In this document: positions 53,975 to 64,000 of the stretch, in pieces
Layout of the letters: each line of letters opens with the position of its first letter
How positions within the stretch are numbered: the first letter of the stretch is position 1
Assembly (NCBI RefSeq): GCF_041616895.1
Contig: NZ_JBFJPY010000005.1
Span: 1,401 to 65,400 of the forward strand
Length of the DNA: 64,000 bases
Origin: Arsukibacterium sp.
Lineage (GTDB): Bacteria > Pseudomonadota > Gammaproteobacteria > Enterobacterales > Alteromonadaceae
Direction: 5' to 3'
Translations under genes and position numbers: made by a program
The notes under the pieces: model-generated
What the model saw: the letters and a program-made list of their open reading frames with translations, nothing else
Told to the model about the DNA's origin: nothing
The model's database searches: none

Positions 53975-56056
53975 TTATTGACCTTCAGTCAGGATCTTAG
54001 GGGTGACGAAAATAAGTAACTCGTTTTTCTCATTAACATCACGTTTTGACCGGAATAAAGCACCAACATAAGGGATGTCACCAAACATAGGTACCTTCGA
54101 TACTGTTGATAATATTTGCTGCTGATAGATACCGCCAAGCACGATAGTCTCGCCGTTATCTACCAGAACCTGGGTCTGAATTTGCTGGGTGTCTATCGCT
54201 GTTGCTGGTCCTGTTGGCGTTTGAACCGTTTCACCGCGGGTATTCTGGGTAATAACCAGGTCCAGAATAATTTTATTATCCGGCGTTATTTGCGGCGTTA
54301 CTGTCAGACTCAGTACTGCTTTCTTAAATTCAACGGTGGTTGCACCGCTGGATGCAGCCTGTACATAAGGGATCTCTACACCTTGCTCAATTCGCGCTTC
54401 TTTCTGGTTTGAGGTGGTTATCCGCGGACTGGCGATAATTTCACCTTTGTTTTCCTGCTCCAGTGCTGACAGCTCTAAATCAAGCAAGGTACCATCCGCT
54501 AACCGTGCCACATGGAATGCAATACTACCCGCCGGATTCTGAATAGGCAGATTAACGTTCCAGCGATCATCCAGTGCCGGAAACTGACCAGTAGAAATCG
54601 CGTTTGAGCCATTAGCATTACCCGATACTCCACGGTTGCCACCACTGGTACTCTGCTGGTCACTAAAGCCCCAACGAATTCCTAACTCATCGGTAACACT
54701 GTCGCGTACCGTCACCATTCTTGATTCGATCAACACCTGTCGGACCGGCACATCTAACCGTTCGATCAATTTGCGAACACTTTCAATATTCTTGGCAGTA
54801 TCTTTAATTAAGATGGTGTTGGTACGCTCATCTACAACCACACTGCCACGACTGGACAATAAGGTGGCATCACGGTTGGCCAGTAAACCAGCCAGATCAG
54901 CGGCCTTAGCATAATTAATGGTCAAATAATCAGAATAAAGTGCCTCAAGTTGCTCAACCTGCTGCTTCGCTTCTAACTCGCGCGCTTCCCTGGCTGATAA
55001 TTCTTCGGTAGGTGCTACCATCAGAATATTACCATCCATCCGCTTATCGAGGCCTTTAACCCGCAACACGATATCAAGCGCCTGATCCCATGGCGTACCG
55101 TCTAAACGCAAGGTAATATTACCGGTAACCGAATCACTGGTGACCAGGTTAAAGCCGTTATAATCTGCAATAATTTGTAGCACTGTCCGGATTGGAATAT
55201 CCTGGAAGTTCAGCGATATTGGTCGGCCTTTATATTCACGACCACCGCCCAGGATACTGCGATTGGTGGTATCACGTTCAATATTAAGCGTGAAAATATT
55301 GTCTATTTGCTGATAGGTGTAGGTGAAAGCATCACTGGTTGCAATTTCTAAACGGGCCGACGCGCCCTCTTTGAAAGTTTCTATTCCGGTAACGATAGTA
55401 CCAAAATCCATGACATCCAGCTGATATAACAACTCATCCAAAATGTCAGTATTGTGAAATTCAACAATTAACTTCCCCGCACGTTCACTGACATCTACCG
55501 CTGCAGTATTTTCACGCAGGAACACTAACACCCGGCCTTCGCCTTTTTCGCCGCGGCGAAAATCTATGGCCTGAACCCGGTTGATGTAAGTAGGTGTTAC
55601 GTCAGCTGCCTGTCCCACTTGCTCGGCAGTCGGGTTGTCAGAAATGTGCATGTAGAACACATTGCCACGCACCCGGGTGCGATATATCTTTAAATAATCG
55701 AGATAAATTGTTGATTTAAAACCTTCACCGAGGAATTCAGACTTTATTCTTTTAACTCCGGCTTTATCGATCATCACTTGTTCAAGTTTTTCTTCGTAGT
55801 CAGAGTTATCGAAATACAGCTCTATCCGCGCTGGCTCATTAAACACCTGAATACTGGGATCTGTATAAAGGTCTTCATCGAAGATAAACTCGATCTCTGT
55901 TTCGCCGGTGAGCAAGGGGTTATACCTGACATCGTACAACAAAGGGACTGCTGCTGCGGGCAATGCGAACAACAATAACGCTGTCACGGCCAGCTGGGTG
56001 CCGGTGATTCCTCGGGAAATTCTTTTGATTATTTTATCCATGATATACTCGCACAC
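53975..56056 (-). CDS. pilQ: Type IV pilus secretin PilQ
   Basis: ISLNFQDIPIRTVLQ, RQVLIESR, GEIIASPRI, VPMFGDIP, ELLIFVTPKI. Last gene of pilMNOPQ. Start may be 56041. Confidence 0.96.
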   Translation of the reverse strand: MCEYIMDKIIKRISRGITGTQLAVTALLLFALPAAAVPLLYDVRYNPLLTGETEIEFIFDEDLYTDPSIQVFNEPARIELYFDNSDYEEKLEQVMIDKAGVKRIKSEFLGEGFKSTIYLDYLKIYRTRVRGNVFYMHISDNPTAEQVGQAADVTPTYINRVQAIDFRRGEKGEGRVLVFLRENTAAVDVSERAGKLIVEFHNTDILDELLYQLDVMDFGTIVTGIETFKEGASARLEIATSDAFTYTYQQIDNIFTLNIERDTTNRSILGGGREYKGRPISLNFQDIPIRTVLQIIADYNGFNLVTSDSVTGNITLRLDGTPWDQALDIVLRVKGLDKRMDGNILMVAPTEELSAREARELEAKQQVEQLEALYSDYLTINYAKAADLAGLLANRDATLLSSRGSVVVDERTNTILIKDTAKNIESVRKLIERLDVPVRQVLIESRMVTVRDSVTDELGIRWGFSDQQSTSGGNRGVSGNANGSNAISTGQFPALDDRWNVNLPIQNPAGSIAFHVARLADGTLLDLELSALEQENKGEIIASPRITTSNQKEARIEQGVEIPYVQAASSGATTVEFKKAVLSLTVTPQITPDNKIILDLVITQNTRGETVQTPTGPATAIDTQQIQTQVLVDNGETIVLGGIYQQQILSTVSKVPMFGDIPYVGALFRSKRDVNEKNELLIFVTPKILTEGQ

Positions 56057-56059
56057 CTA

Positions 56060-56596
56060 TCAATTACTCGCCATTGCTGTAGTTTCAACCATCTGAATCA
56101 TGGTCGTCCGTTCTTTCCAGCAACCTGCCCCGTCTGGGATTAACTCTAACAATTCAACATGAGTTGGCTCTACACTAATTACCCGCCCATGAAATAAACC
56201 AACATAATTATTTAACGTTATCCGGTGTAAGGTTTTATCTGACGCTTCGATCAACGCCCAGATATTACCGGTATCACCCAAGGTTCCACGCATCTTGAGG
56301 TTATCAAGAGCATACTTCTCCAGCGGTTCTTTACGCCGTCTGGGATCCGGATGCAGACAATCCTGAACTTGCAAGAATCGATCCTGAACGGCTTCAGGCC
56401 GTGGCTCTGAAAACGGACTACGACTATTTTGAGATAAATAAGCTATATGCTCAAACTCTTTAACCTCTGGTAACGGCTCTACTCGTGGCTGAGTGCTGGC
56501 TTTAACAGTGTCCATATGAGCCTGAACTTCACTTAAGTCATCAAAGCAACCAGAGAGTAAGGTTGCAACAGAAACTGCTAAGATGAGCTTTCTCAT
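56060..56596 (-). CDS. pilP: Type IV pilus lipoprotein PilP
   Basis: Lipobox LSGC, RSPF, KEPLEKYALDNLKMRGTL. Confidence 0.95.
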   Translation of the reverse strand: MRKLILAVSVATLLSGCFDDLSEVQAHMDTVKASTQPRVEPLPEVKEFEHIAYLSQNSRSPFSEPRPEAVQDRFLQVQDCLHPDPRRRKEPLEKYALDNLKMRGTLGDTGNIWALIEASDKTLHRITLNNYVGLFHGRVISVEPTHVELLELIPDGAGCWKERTTMIQMVETTAMASN

Positions 56597-57192
56597 TGTG
56601 CAGTCTCCTTATAGCGGTAAGTTTTCGCGGTAACATTAAAACGTAAACGTTCGTCTTTCTCTGTTTGGATGGAGAAATCGTGCAGACTGACTATCCGTGG
56701 TAATTTGGCAACCTCACTGACAAAGTTACCAAATTGATGGTAATCACCCACCACGTCAATTTTAATCGGCAATTCAGTATAAAATTCTTTTTCAATTTCC
56801 GGCTCCCAGTTTATCCTTAGAAAAGTTAAACCGCTTGTGGTACCAACATAAGTTATGTCGTCCAGTAGGCCAGGGGTTTCGTGAGTGGTTGGCAGCTGCT
56901 TAAGTAAAAAAGAAAACGTATTTTCCATTTCTATCATTTGCTGTTTGTACAAATCGAGATTAACTGCTGAGGCATACCGCGTGCGGTAAACCTGACGCAA
57001 CTCCGTTTCTTTTCGCTCAGCACTGTTTAATTCATCAATTTTGCTGTCAATTAATAAGAAGTAACTCAGAGTGCCAACTAAAGCCGCCAAAATAATGGCG
57101 AAAATAACTTTTGCTGCAACGGGCCAGGAGCCCATATTCTCAATATCAAGATCATTGATATCAATTTCAGATAAATTGAAATTCAGGCTCAT
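56593..57192 (-). CDS. pilO: Type IV pilus protein PilO
   Basis: GSWPVAAK, LLKQLP, FYTELPI, GDYHQFGNFVSEVAKLPRIVSL. Confidence 0.95.
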   Translation of the reverse strand: MSLNFNLSEIDINDLDIENMGSWPVAAKVIFAIILAALVGTLSYFLLIDSKIDELNSAERKETELRQVYRTRYASAVNLDLYKQQMIEMENTFSFLLKQLPTTHETPGLLDDITYVGTTSGLTFLRINWEPEIEKEFYTELPIKIDVVGDYHQFGNFVSEVAKLPRIVSLHDFSIQTEKDERLRFNVTAKTYRYKETAQ

Positions 57193-57785
57193 CGTGCACC
57201 ACCTCTCGCACTGGGTGTAACCGGCTCACTATCCTGCACCGCTTCATAGCCTTTTACGGTAAGATGCATTTTAAAGTTACTCAGTAACCGTGATTCATCT
57301 TTACCCGCTTCAATAAACTCTAGCAGCGGACTATCCAGTAAGTCAGACTGTTCAGCATCACGTAACATCGTAGACAGCCGGTTATTTGACTCACTGCGAC
57401 CAATTAATAATAAATTAGAGCCTTTTTTCTCTAACTGCGTCAAATAAATACCTGATGGCACTACCCGGGCAATTTCAGACATAATTTCTGTACCAAGATT
57501 TCGGCTGCCCTGTAGCTGTTCAATCAGGCTCATTCGCTGCTGTAAACTACGTTTTGTTTCATTCAAGGTGCGAATTTCAGCAATTTTCTGATCAAGCACC
57601 TTGATTTCATTTTCCAGATAGCGATTTCGCTGATACTGGCCATCGATCATACTGCTATAAACCATGTTAATCAGAAAAAACACCAGAAAACTCATTACTG
57701 CAGTCATCGCCAGTACGGTTACATATTGTTTTTGCTTTTCTTTGCGCGCAGCTTCACGCCAGGGCAGTAAATTTATATATGCCAT
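57189..57785 (-). CDS. pilN: Type IV pilus protein PilN
   Basis: MAYINLLPWRE, RMSLIEQLQ. Confidence 0.95.
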   Translation of the reverse strand: MAYINLLPWREAARKEKQKQYVTVLAMTAVMSFLVFFLINMVYSSMIDGQYQRNRYLENEIKVLDQKIAEIRTLNETKRSLQQRMSLIEQLQGSRNLGTEIMSEIARVVPSGIYLTQLEKKGSNLLLIGRSESNNRLSTMLRDAEQSDLLDSPLLEFIEAGKDESRLLSNFKMHLTVKGYEAVQDSEPVTPSARGGAR

Positions 57786-58852
57786 GATGAAAAACTCCGT
57801 AAGGCAAGGCCACTGGCAACCATTAATTGCGGGGCGCTTTTATTTAATTGTTCACGATCAACTGACGTGGCAACATCGATTGTTTTAAATGGATTGGCCA
57901 CCACAGTGTGGATGCCAAGCTCATCAATCAGTAGCCGGTCAATGCCTTCAATTAACGCGGTACCTCCAGAGACAATAAGGTAATCCACAGCATCGCGGCC
58001 ACTGCTGGTCAGATACATCTGGATGCCACGCCGTATTTGCTGCAGTAACATGGTCTGAAACGGTGCCAGCACTTCGAAGGTATAGTTTGGTGGTAAATCA
58101 CCACTTACTTTCGCCAGTTCAGCTTCGTCATAGCTTTTGTTGTAATAAGACAAAATACTGCGGGTATATTGCTCACCACCAAAGGACTGGTCGCGGGTAT
58201 ACAGTGTCTTACCTTTCTCAACAATACTTAATAAGGTCATAGTGGCACCAATATCAACCAGTGCCACGACTTTACCAGCTGCATCATCTGGTAATTGTTT
58301 CAAACATAATTCAGCAGCCCGGCTTAAGGCATAACTTTCAACATCTACTAACTTGGCACTGAAACCACCGTTGTCTAATGCCGCCACCCTTGCTTCAACA
58401 CTTTCAGTACGAGCGGCGCTTAGCAACACATTAACTTTAGAAGGGTCGGATTCATTCACATCCAGCTTTTCGAAATCAAGGCTAACTTCATTTAATGGGT
58501 AAGGAATTAAGGTATCCGCTTCAACTTCAATCTGGCTTTCCAGTTCAGCATCGGTTAATGACACATCCATGAAGATCACTTTGCTGATCACAGTAGATCC
58601 AGATACCGCAGCGGCAGCGAATTTGATCGACCTGGGGATCTTCTTACGGATCTTGCCGATCACATTGCCAACGGCTTCGATATCCTGGATCTCTCGATCT
58701 GACATCGCGCCTTTGATCATCGGCTCGACAGCAAAGGCTTCAACCTTATACTGGTTACCGTGCTGACTTAACAGCACAGCCTTGACAGAGTGAGCACCGA
58801 TATCAATGCCAACCATCATAGGTGTTTGTTTACTGAACAGGCTTTTTATCAT
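57773..58852 (-). CDS. pilM: Type IV pilus protein PilM
   Basis: Actin-like GIDIGAHSVK, VDIGAT, LMVASGLALRSF. Confidence 0.95.
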   Translation of the reverse strand: MIKSLFSKQTPMMVGIDIGAHSVKAVLLSQHGNQYKVEAFAVEPMIKGAMSDREIQDIEAVGNVIGKIRKKIPRSIKFAAAAVSGSTVISKVIFMDVSLTDAELESQIEVEADTLIPYPLNEVSLDFEKLDVNESDPSKVNVLLSAARTESVEARVAALDNGGFSAKLVDVESYALSRAAELCLKQLPDDAAGKVVALVDIGATMTLLSIVEKGKTLYTRDQSFGGEQYTRSILSYYNKSYDEAELAKVSGDLPPNYTFEVLAPFQTMLLQQIRRGIQMYLTSSGRDAVDYLIVSGGTALIEGIDRLLIDELGIHTVVANPFKTIDVATSVDREQLNKSAPQLMVASGLALRSFSSWHI

Positions 58853-59005
58853 AGCTTCCTGCGGCCATTTTATAGTTATGTTTATTATTGTCGTATTCTT
58901 AGCTCAGACGCTATTTTTTAGCAAGAAAAAGCGTTTCATCGACACTCAATAAATATATACTAGCAGCGTTGTAAAGGAATTGGGAGTAAAAATTGGGGTT
59001 ATTCA

Positions 59006-61663
59006 GTGTCTTGGGTTAAAAAACTTTTAATAGTCTGCCTGGTTGGTTTTTTCGCCGGGATCCTGACGATCGTTGCGATGTACTTTTATGTCCGAAATGA
59101 TCTGCCTGACGTGGCAACATTGAAGGAAGTAAAGCTGCAAACCCCGATGCAGGTTTATACTGCCGACGGCCAGCTTATTTCACAATTTGGTGAGAAACGG
59201 CGGATCCCGTTAAAACTGGATGAAATGCCACCTTTGCTGATTCAGGCCTTCTTAGCTATTGAAGATACAAGGTTTTATGAACATCCTGGTATAGATGTTA
59301 TTGGTATAATGCGTGCCCTGACCGTGGTCGCATCCTCTGGCGACTTTAGTCAGGGTGCCAGTACGATTACTCAACAGTTGGCGCGTAATTTCTTCCTGAG
59401 CCGGGAGAAAAAGATCATCCGCAAAATTAAAGAAGTGTTCCTCGCGTTCCGAATTGAGAACCTTCTGGAAAAAGATGAGATTCTTGAGCTGTATCTGAAT
59501 AAAATTGAATTAGGTCATCGTTCCTTTGGTGTTGGTGCCGCTGCGCAGGTGTATTTTGGTAAAACCGTGACCGAATTAACCCTGGATGAAATTGCCATTA
59601 TAGCTGGCTTACCCAAAGCGCCCTCAATACTCAATCCTATCCGTTCTCCCGCTAACGCAAAAAAACGGCGGGATACGGTACTCACCCGGATGCGCGCTAT
59701 CGATGTTATTAGTGAACAAGAATACCGCACTGCGTTAGCAGCGCCGATTACCAGCAAGTTGCATGGCGCTCAGATCACTGCTTCAGCACCTTATATTGCC
59801 GAAATGGTTCGTCAGCAGATGATCGAGCGCTTTGGTGAAGAAGCGGCTTATTCTGAAGGCTACCGGGTATACACTACTATTCAAAGCAAGGAACAGCAGG
59901 CGGCAAAGCAAGCCTTACAACAAAACTTATATCAATATGATGAGCGCCATGGTTACCGCGGGCCAGTAGCAACTTTATGGCAAGCAGAGCTAGCAGCAAA
60001 CAACTCCTCCGAAACTACAGAAAGCACCGATATACTATTGTTCAACGAAACTAACCGCCCCGAACATAACGACATCTTGGCCTATTTGAGTGAGCAGCAA
60101 GGTATTGAGGATTTATTTCCTGCTGTGGTACTTACGGTAAAAGACAAAAGCGCTGAAGTGTTGCTGGCCAGTGATCAGATAATAACGCTGGAATGGGATG
60201 GCTTAAAGTGGGCCAGAGCCTTTATTACTGATGAGCGTCAGGGTGTGGCACCAAAAAGTGCTGCCGCCATATTGGCGCCGGGTATGCATGTTATGGTGCG
60301 GCAACAGGATACACTATGGCGTTTGAGCCAGATCCCGGCAGCAAGCAGCGCTTTAGTTGCAGTGAATCCTGAAAATGGCGCCATACAGGCGTTAGTCGGC
60401 GGCTACAGTTTCAGTCAGAGCCAGTTTAACCGGGCAACTCAGGCAAAACGCCAGGTGGGTTCAAATATTAAGCCTTTTATCTACTCTGCGGCATTGGAGC
60501 ACGGCTATACCCTGGCTTCGATAATGAATGATGCGCCGATCCATCAATGGGATGATAATGCGGGTATTGCCTGGCGACCGCGCAATTCGCCCCCGGTATA
60601 TGATGGACCAATCCGGATCAGGGAAGCCTTGGCGAAATCCAAAAACGTCGTGTCAGTCCGTTTGCTTCGCGGTGTCGGTATCGACCAGAGTATTCGTCAT
60701 TTACAACGCTTTGGTTTTGCCGCTAATGATTTACCTCGCAACGAAACTTTGTCATTAGGTTCTGCGTCATTAACGCCGCTCGAAGTGGTTACCGGGTACG
60801 CTGCGTTTGCTAATGGCGGGTTTCTGGTAACCCCCTTTGTCGTTGATCGGGTGCTGAATGAGCAGAATGAAGTGATTTATCAACATTACCCAAAAGTTGC
60901 CTGTCGGGATTGTCTGACACAGACTCAGTCTGCAAACCAATTGACACAGGATACCGTCGAGACGGCTGCGCCAGAATTGACTGCTGACAGTGAACAACAG
61001 TTACAGGAGTTGTTTAACGCCATGCAACAGGATGAATCAGCCGAGCCAGATGCGGAAGCAGAGCCGGTTGAACCGCAAGTAGCGGAACAGGTAATCAGTA
61101 GTCAGAATGCTTACTTGATTGCCGATGCCCTGACCAGCAGCGTCTGGGGTGGCGGCGACTGGCGTCAAGGTACTGGCTGGAATGGCACGGCCTGGCGCAT
61201 TCAACAATTGCAACGGCGTGACATTTCTGCAAAAACCGGGACTACCAATGATTCTAAAGATACCTGGTTTTCCGGATTTACCACCGCCACGGCAGTAACT
61301 ACCTGGGTAGGCTTTGATGATGCCAACCGTAGTCTCGGCCGGGCGCAGTGGCATGCCAATATGGGCCAGGATCAGAGTGCTGGGACCGAGTCTGGAGCCA
61401 GAACTGCATTGCCTGCCTGGCTGGATTATATGGCAATAGTGCTGCCTGGCTATTCGGAAGAACCCTTGCAGCCTCCAACTGGCCTGGCATCGGTGCGGAT
61501 TGATTTAGCCAGTGGCTTACTCAGCCGCAGTACCGACCATACCAGCACTTTTGAATTTTTTAAAATTGGTACTGAGCCAACCCAGTATAGTCAGAATAGC
61601 GTGCAGCAAATTCATTTCGATAATGATAAGAAAGCTGAACCGGACGAATCTGAACTGTTTTGA
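59006..61663 (+). CDS. mrcA: Penicillin-binding protein 1A
   Basis: Transglycosylase EDTRFYEH and QGASTITQQ. Transpeptidase SNIK, SKN, KTGT. Divergent from pilM as is usual. Confidence 0.97.
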   Translation: MSWVKKLLIVCLVGFFAGILTIVAMYFYVRNDLPDVATLKEVKLQTPMQVYTADGQLISQFGEKRRIPLKLDEMPPLLIQAFLAIEDTRFYEHPGIDVIGIMRALTVVASSGDFSQGASTITQQLARNFFLSREKKIIRKIKEVFLAFRIENLLEKDEILELYLNKIELGHRSFGVGAAAQVYFGKTVTELTLDEIAIIAGLPKAPSILNPIRSPANAKKRRDTVLTRMRAIDVISEQEYRTALAAPITSKLHGAQITASAPYIAEMVRQQMIERFGEEAAYSEGYRVYTTIQSKEQQAAKQALQQNLYQYDERHGYRGPVATLWQAELAANNSSETTESTDILLFNETNRPEHNDILAYLSEQQGIEDLFPAVVLTVKDKSAEVLLASDQIITLEWDGLKWARAFITDERQGVAPKSAAAILAPGMHVMVRQQDTLWRLSQIPAASSALVAVNPENGAIQALVGGYSFSQSQFNRATQAKRQVGSNIKPFIYSAALEHGYTLASIMNDAPIHQWDDNAGIAWRPRNSPPVYDGPIRIREALAKSKNVVSVRLLRGVGIDQSIRHLQRFGFAANDLPRNETLSLGSASLTPLEVVTGYAAFANGGFLVTPFVVDRVLNEQNEVIYQHYPKVACRDCLTQTQSANQLTQDTVETAAPELTADSEQQLQELFNAMQQDESAEPDAEAEPVEPQVAEQVISSQNAYLIADALTSSVWGGGDWRQGTGWNGTAWRIQQLQRRDISAKTGTTNDSKDTWFSGFTTATAVTTWVGFDDANRSLGRAQWHANMGQDQSAGTESGARTALPAWLDYMAIVLPGYSEEPLQPPTGLASVRIDLASGLLSRSTDHTSTFEFFKIGTEPTQYSQNSVQQIHFDNDKKAEPDESELF

Positions 61664-61677
61664 TGTAGACCAGACAC

Positions 61678-61747
61678 AGCATTAACTGACATTACAGTTA
61701 ATGCTATGTCTCCACCAAAAAGGCCAGCAAGTTTGCTGGCCTTTTTT
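61678..61747. terminator. Two tandem hairpins between convergent mrcA and argH; the second is a bidirectional terminator
   Basis: AGCATTAACTG-ACATTA-CAGTTAATGCT (61678-61705) and AAAAAGGCCAGCAA-GT-TTGCTGGCCTTTTTT (61717-61747). Confidence 0.8.
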
Positions 61748-61776
61748 AGTTTTCCATCGTCAGCTTTTCATCGCAG

Positions 61777-63168
61777 CTAACGATTGTTAGTCGTTTTTTC
61801 AAACCAGAGTTTCGCATTGGCTAACGCCTGCATAACCTGCTCTGATGCCGTTCCGCCTAATGCACACCGTCGCGCCATGCCGGCTTCCAGGGTTAAAGCG
61901 GGATACACATCATCACTGATTAAGGTGCTTACCTGCTGCAACTGGGCAAGGCTCAAAGCTTCCAGCGGCAGTTGTTGTTTTGAGGCCACTAATACCAGCT
62001 CACCGGCACATTCATGGGCATCCCGAAAAGGCATACCTTTGCTTACCAGATAATCCGCAAGATCGGTGGCATTGCTGTAACCCAGCTCAGCGGCTTTACG
62101 GCATTGTTGCCGGTTCACCGTTAAGTGTGGCAGCACGGTCGCCAATACCAATAGTGACTGCTGCCAACTGTGCATCAGATCAAAAAAGCCCTGCTTATCT
62201 TCCTGCATATCTTTGTTATAAGCCAACGGTAAACCTTTGAGCACATGCAAAATGGCCACCAGATGACCCAGCACCCGGCCAGTTTTGCCTCGCAATAGCT
62301 CAAATACGTCGGGGTTTTTCTTTTGTGGCATCAGTGATGAACCTGAACTGATCGCATCACCCAATTTAAAGAAGCCAGCTTCACCAGAGCAGAAGAAAAT
62401 CACATCCTCTGACAACCGGGATAAATGAGTCATACATAAGCTGGCCGTTGCAGAGAGTTCGACCAGGTAATCGCGGTCCGATACTGCATCTAAGCTATTT
62501 AAGGCCGCGTTACCAAAGCCCAGCTCAGATGCCAGAACCTGGCGATCGATATTTATCCCGGTACCTGCCAACGCACCGCAACCAAGCGGACAACTGTCCA
62601 TTCTAACCAGCGCATCGTCAAGCCGGCCCAGGTCACGCTTAAACATTTCGACATAAGCCAATGCCCAGTGGGCAACTAACACCGGTTGGGCTCGCTGCAA
62701 ATGGGTAAAGCCCGGCATCACGGCGTGCTCAGCTTTATCAGCAAACTCAAGCAATGCCGCCAGTGCCGCCAACAACGATTTACGCACTGTCCCCGCTTGC
62801 AAACGGGTCCATAAGCGTAAATCAGTTGCGACTAAATCGTTGCGACTGCGGCCGGTATGTAACTTTTTCGCCACGCTCCCCAGCTTGGCGGTAAGCTGGC
62901 TTTCCACCCAGCTATGAATATCTTCTTCTGTTGTCTGCAATGGCAAACGCGGATCAGCTTCGATTGCTATCGCCAGATCGGCCAAGCCCTGCTCAAGTTG
63001 GCTGGCCTCGTCAGCGCTAATAATGCCAGCGTGTTGCAGGCCTTTGGTCCAGGCTCTGGATGCGGCAATATCCTGTTGGGCCAATAAATAATCAAAACTG
63101 AGTGAGTCATTAAAATCACGAAACTCGCTCAGGGTAGCCTCCGTAAAGCGTCCTCCCCACATAGCCAT
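61777..63168 (-). CDS. argH: Argininosuccinate lyase
   Basis: MWGGRF, HTGRSRNDLV, THLQRAQP, GSSLMPQKKNPD. Confidence 0.97.
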   Translation of the reverse strand: MAMWGGRFTEATLSEFRDFNDSLSFDYLLAQQDIAASRAWTKGLQHAGIISADEASQLEQGLADLAIAIEADPRLPLQTTEEDIHSWVESQLTAKLGSVAKKLHTGRSRNDLVATDLRLWTRLQAGTVRKSLLAALAALLEFADKAEHAVMPGFTHLQRAQPVLVAHWALAYVEMFKRDLGRLDDALVRMDSCPLGCGALAGTGINIDRQVLASELGFGNAALNSLDAVSDRDYLVELSATASLCMTHLSRLSEDVIFFCSGEAGFFKLGDAISSGSSLMPQKKNPDVFELLRGKTGRVLGHLVAILHVLKGLPLAYNKDMQEDKQGFFDLMHSWQQSLLVLATVLPHLTVNRQQCRKAAELGYSNATDLADYLVSKGMPFRDAHECAGELVLVASKQQLPLEALSLAQLQQVSTLISDDVYPALTLEAGMARRCALGGTASEQVMQALANAKLWFEKTTNNR

Positions 63169-63173
63169 AATGC

Positions 63174-64000
63174 TTAATCCTTTTGTTGATGCATTGCCCG
63201 GATCCGGCTGGCCAAACTGTATAACCGGATAAATCCAGCAGCATCTTTCTGATCATAGACTTCATCGCCTTCAAAGGTAGCAAAAGCCTCTGAATACAGG
63301 GTATTAACCGAGCGACGTTTGGCAACAGTAACATTACCTTTATACAACTTAATGACGATATCCCCTGTTAACTGCTCTGCCAGCGATGTGGCCGCAGCCA
63401 GTAACGCGTCTTTTAATGGGGTAAACCAACGGCCATCGTAGACCAGTTGAGCAAACTCCAGACCGATCTCTTCACGGTACTTCAGTGAGCTTCGATCATA
63501 AACCAGCGCTTCCAACCCTTTTAAGCCAGCCAGTAAGATTGTTCCGCCTGGTGTTTCATAACAACCACGGGATTTCATCCCCACCAGCCGGTTTTCGACG
63601 ATATCAATCCTGCCAACGCCATGTTCAGAGCCCAGCTCGTTCAAAAATTGAATAGCGGCCACCCCATCAAGTTGCTGTCCATTTACCCGGGTTAACACAC
63701 CACGTTCAAATGCCAGCTCAACATAAGCAGGGTGATCTGGCGCCTGTTCGGGTGATTTCGTCCACATCCATACTTGTTTGGACGGCTCGCACCACGGGTC
63801 TTCCAGCTCGCCGCCTTCATGCGATATATGCCACAGATTGGCATCACGACTATAAATCTTGGTAGCAGAAGCGGTAGTCGGTACCTTTTTTTCAGCCAGA
63901 TAATCCAGCAGCGATTGCCTGGAGTTAAACTGCCATTCCCGCCATGGTGCGATAACTTTTAACTGCGGTGCCAGCGCCGCAAAACAGCTTTCAAAGCGCA
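63174..64000 (-). CDS. argG: Argininosuccinate synthase, C-terminal part (5' end outside the window)
   Basis: The frame extends upstream of the ORF-track start to the window edge: [22 protein letters not shown]...[19 protein letters not shown]...[18 protein letters not shown]. Confidence 0.95.
   Translation of the reverse strand, partial: RFESCFAALAPQLKVIAPWREWQFNSRQSLLDYLAEKKVPTTASATKIYSRDANLWHISHEGGELEDPWCEPSKQVWMWTKSPEQAPDHPAYVELAFERGVLTRVNGQQLDGVAAIQFLNELGSEHGVGRIDIVENRLVGMKSRGCYETPGGTILLAGLKGLEALVYDRSSLKYREEIGLEFAQLVYDGRWFTPLKDALLAAATSLAEQLTGDIVIKLYKGNVTVAKRRSVNTLYSEAFATFEGDEVYDQKDAAGFIRLYSLASRIRAMHQQKD

Noticed and set aside
60900-61080. Acidic low-complexity insert in the MrcA transpeptidase domain
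   Set aside because: Variable inserts at this position are common in PBP1A; all catalytic motifs are intact.

Overview
This is a dense, mostly core-genome window from a gammaproteobacterium. Gene content and order suggest the Rheinheimera/Arsukibacterium/Alishewanella or Alteromonadales neighbourhood (inference; no database search was run). Left block: a truncated MMPL/RND transporter overlapped by mlaA, guaA-guaB, xseA, a TonB-dependent receptor with a candidate Fur box, chaC, an RND permease/adaptor pair, a PLP basic-amino-acid decarboxylase, der-bamB-yfgM-hisS-ispG-rodZ-pilW-rlmN-ndk, and the isc cluster with cysE and trmJ. A plus-strand run follows: an exported methyltransferase, purD, an ExeM/NucH nuclease and prkB. 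Right block: speD, yhfA, astCAD, an HDOD protein, pabA, trpS, rpe, a TorF-like porin, two small membrane proteins, dam-damX-aroB-aroK, pilMNOPQ, mrcA, argH and a truncated argG. I found no rRNA, tRNA, CRISPR array, transposase, integrase or prophage gene, and the largest intergenic gaps are only about 300 bp. The most unusual items are a PilW pilotin fused to a long helical linker and two LysM domains, the mlaA-MMPL coupling, the signal-peptide-bearing methyltransferase in a purD/nuclease run, a candidate NtrC/sigma-54 promoter for the TorF porin, and a dam tail overlapping a convergent gene. I cannot claim that any of these is truly undescribed without searches.
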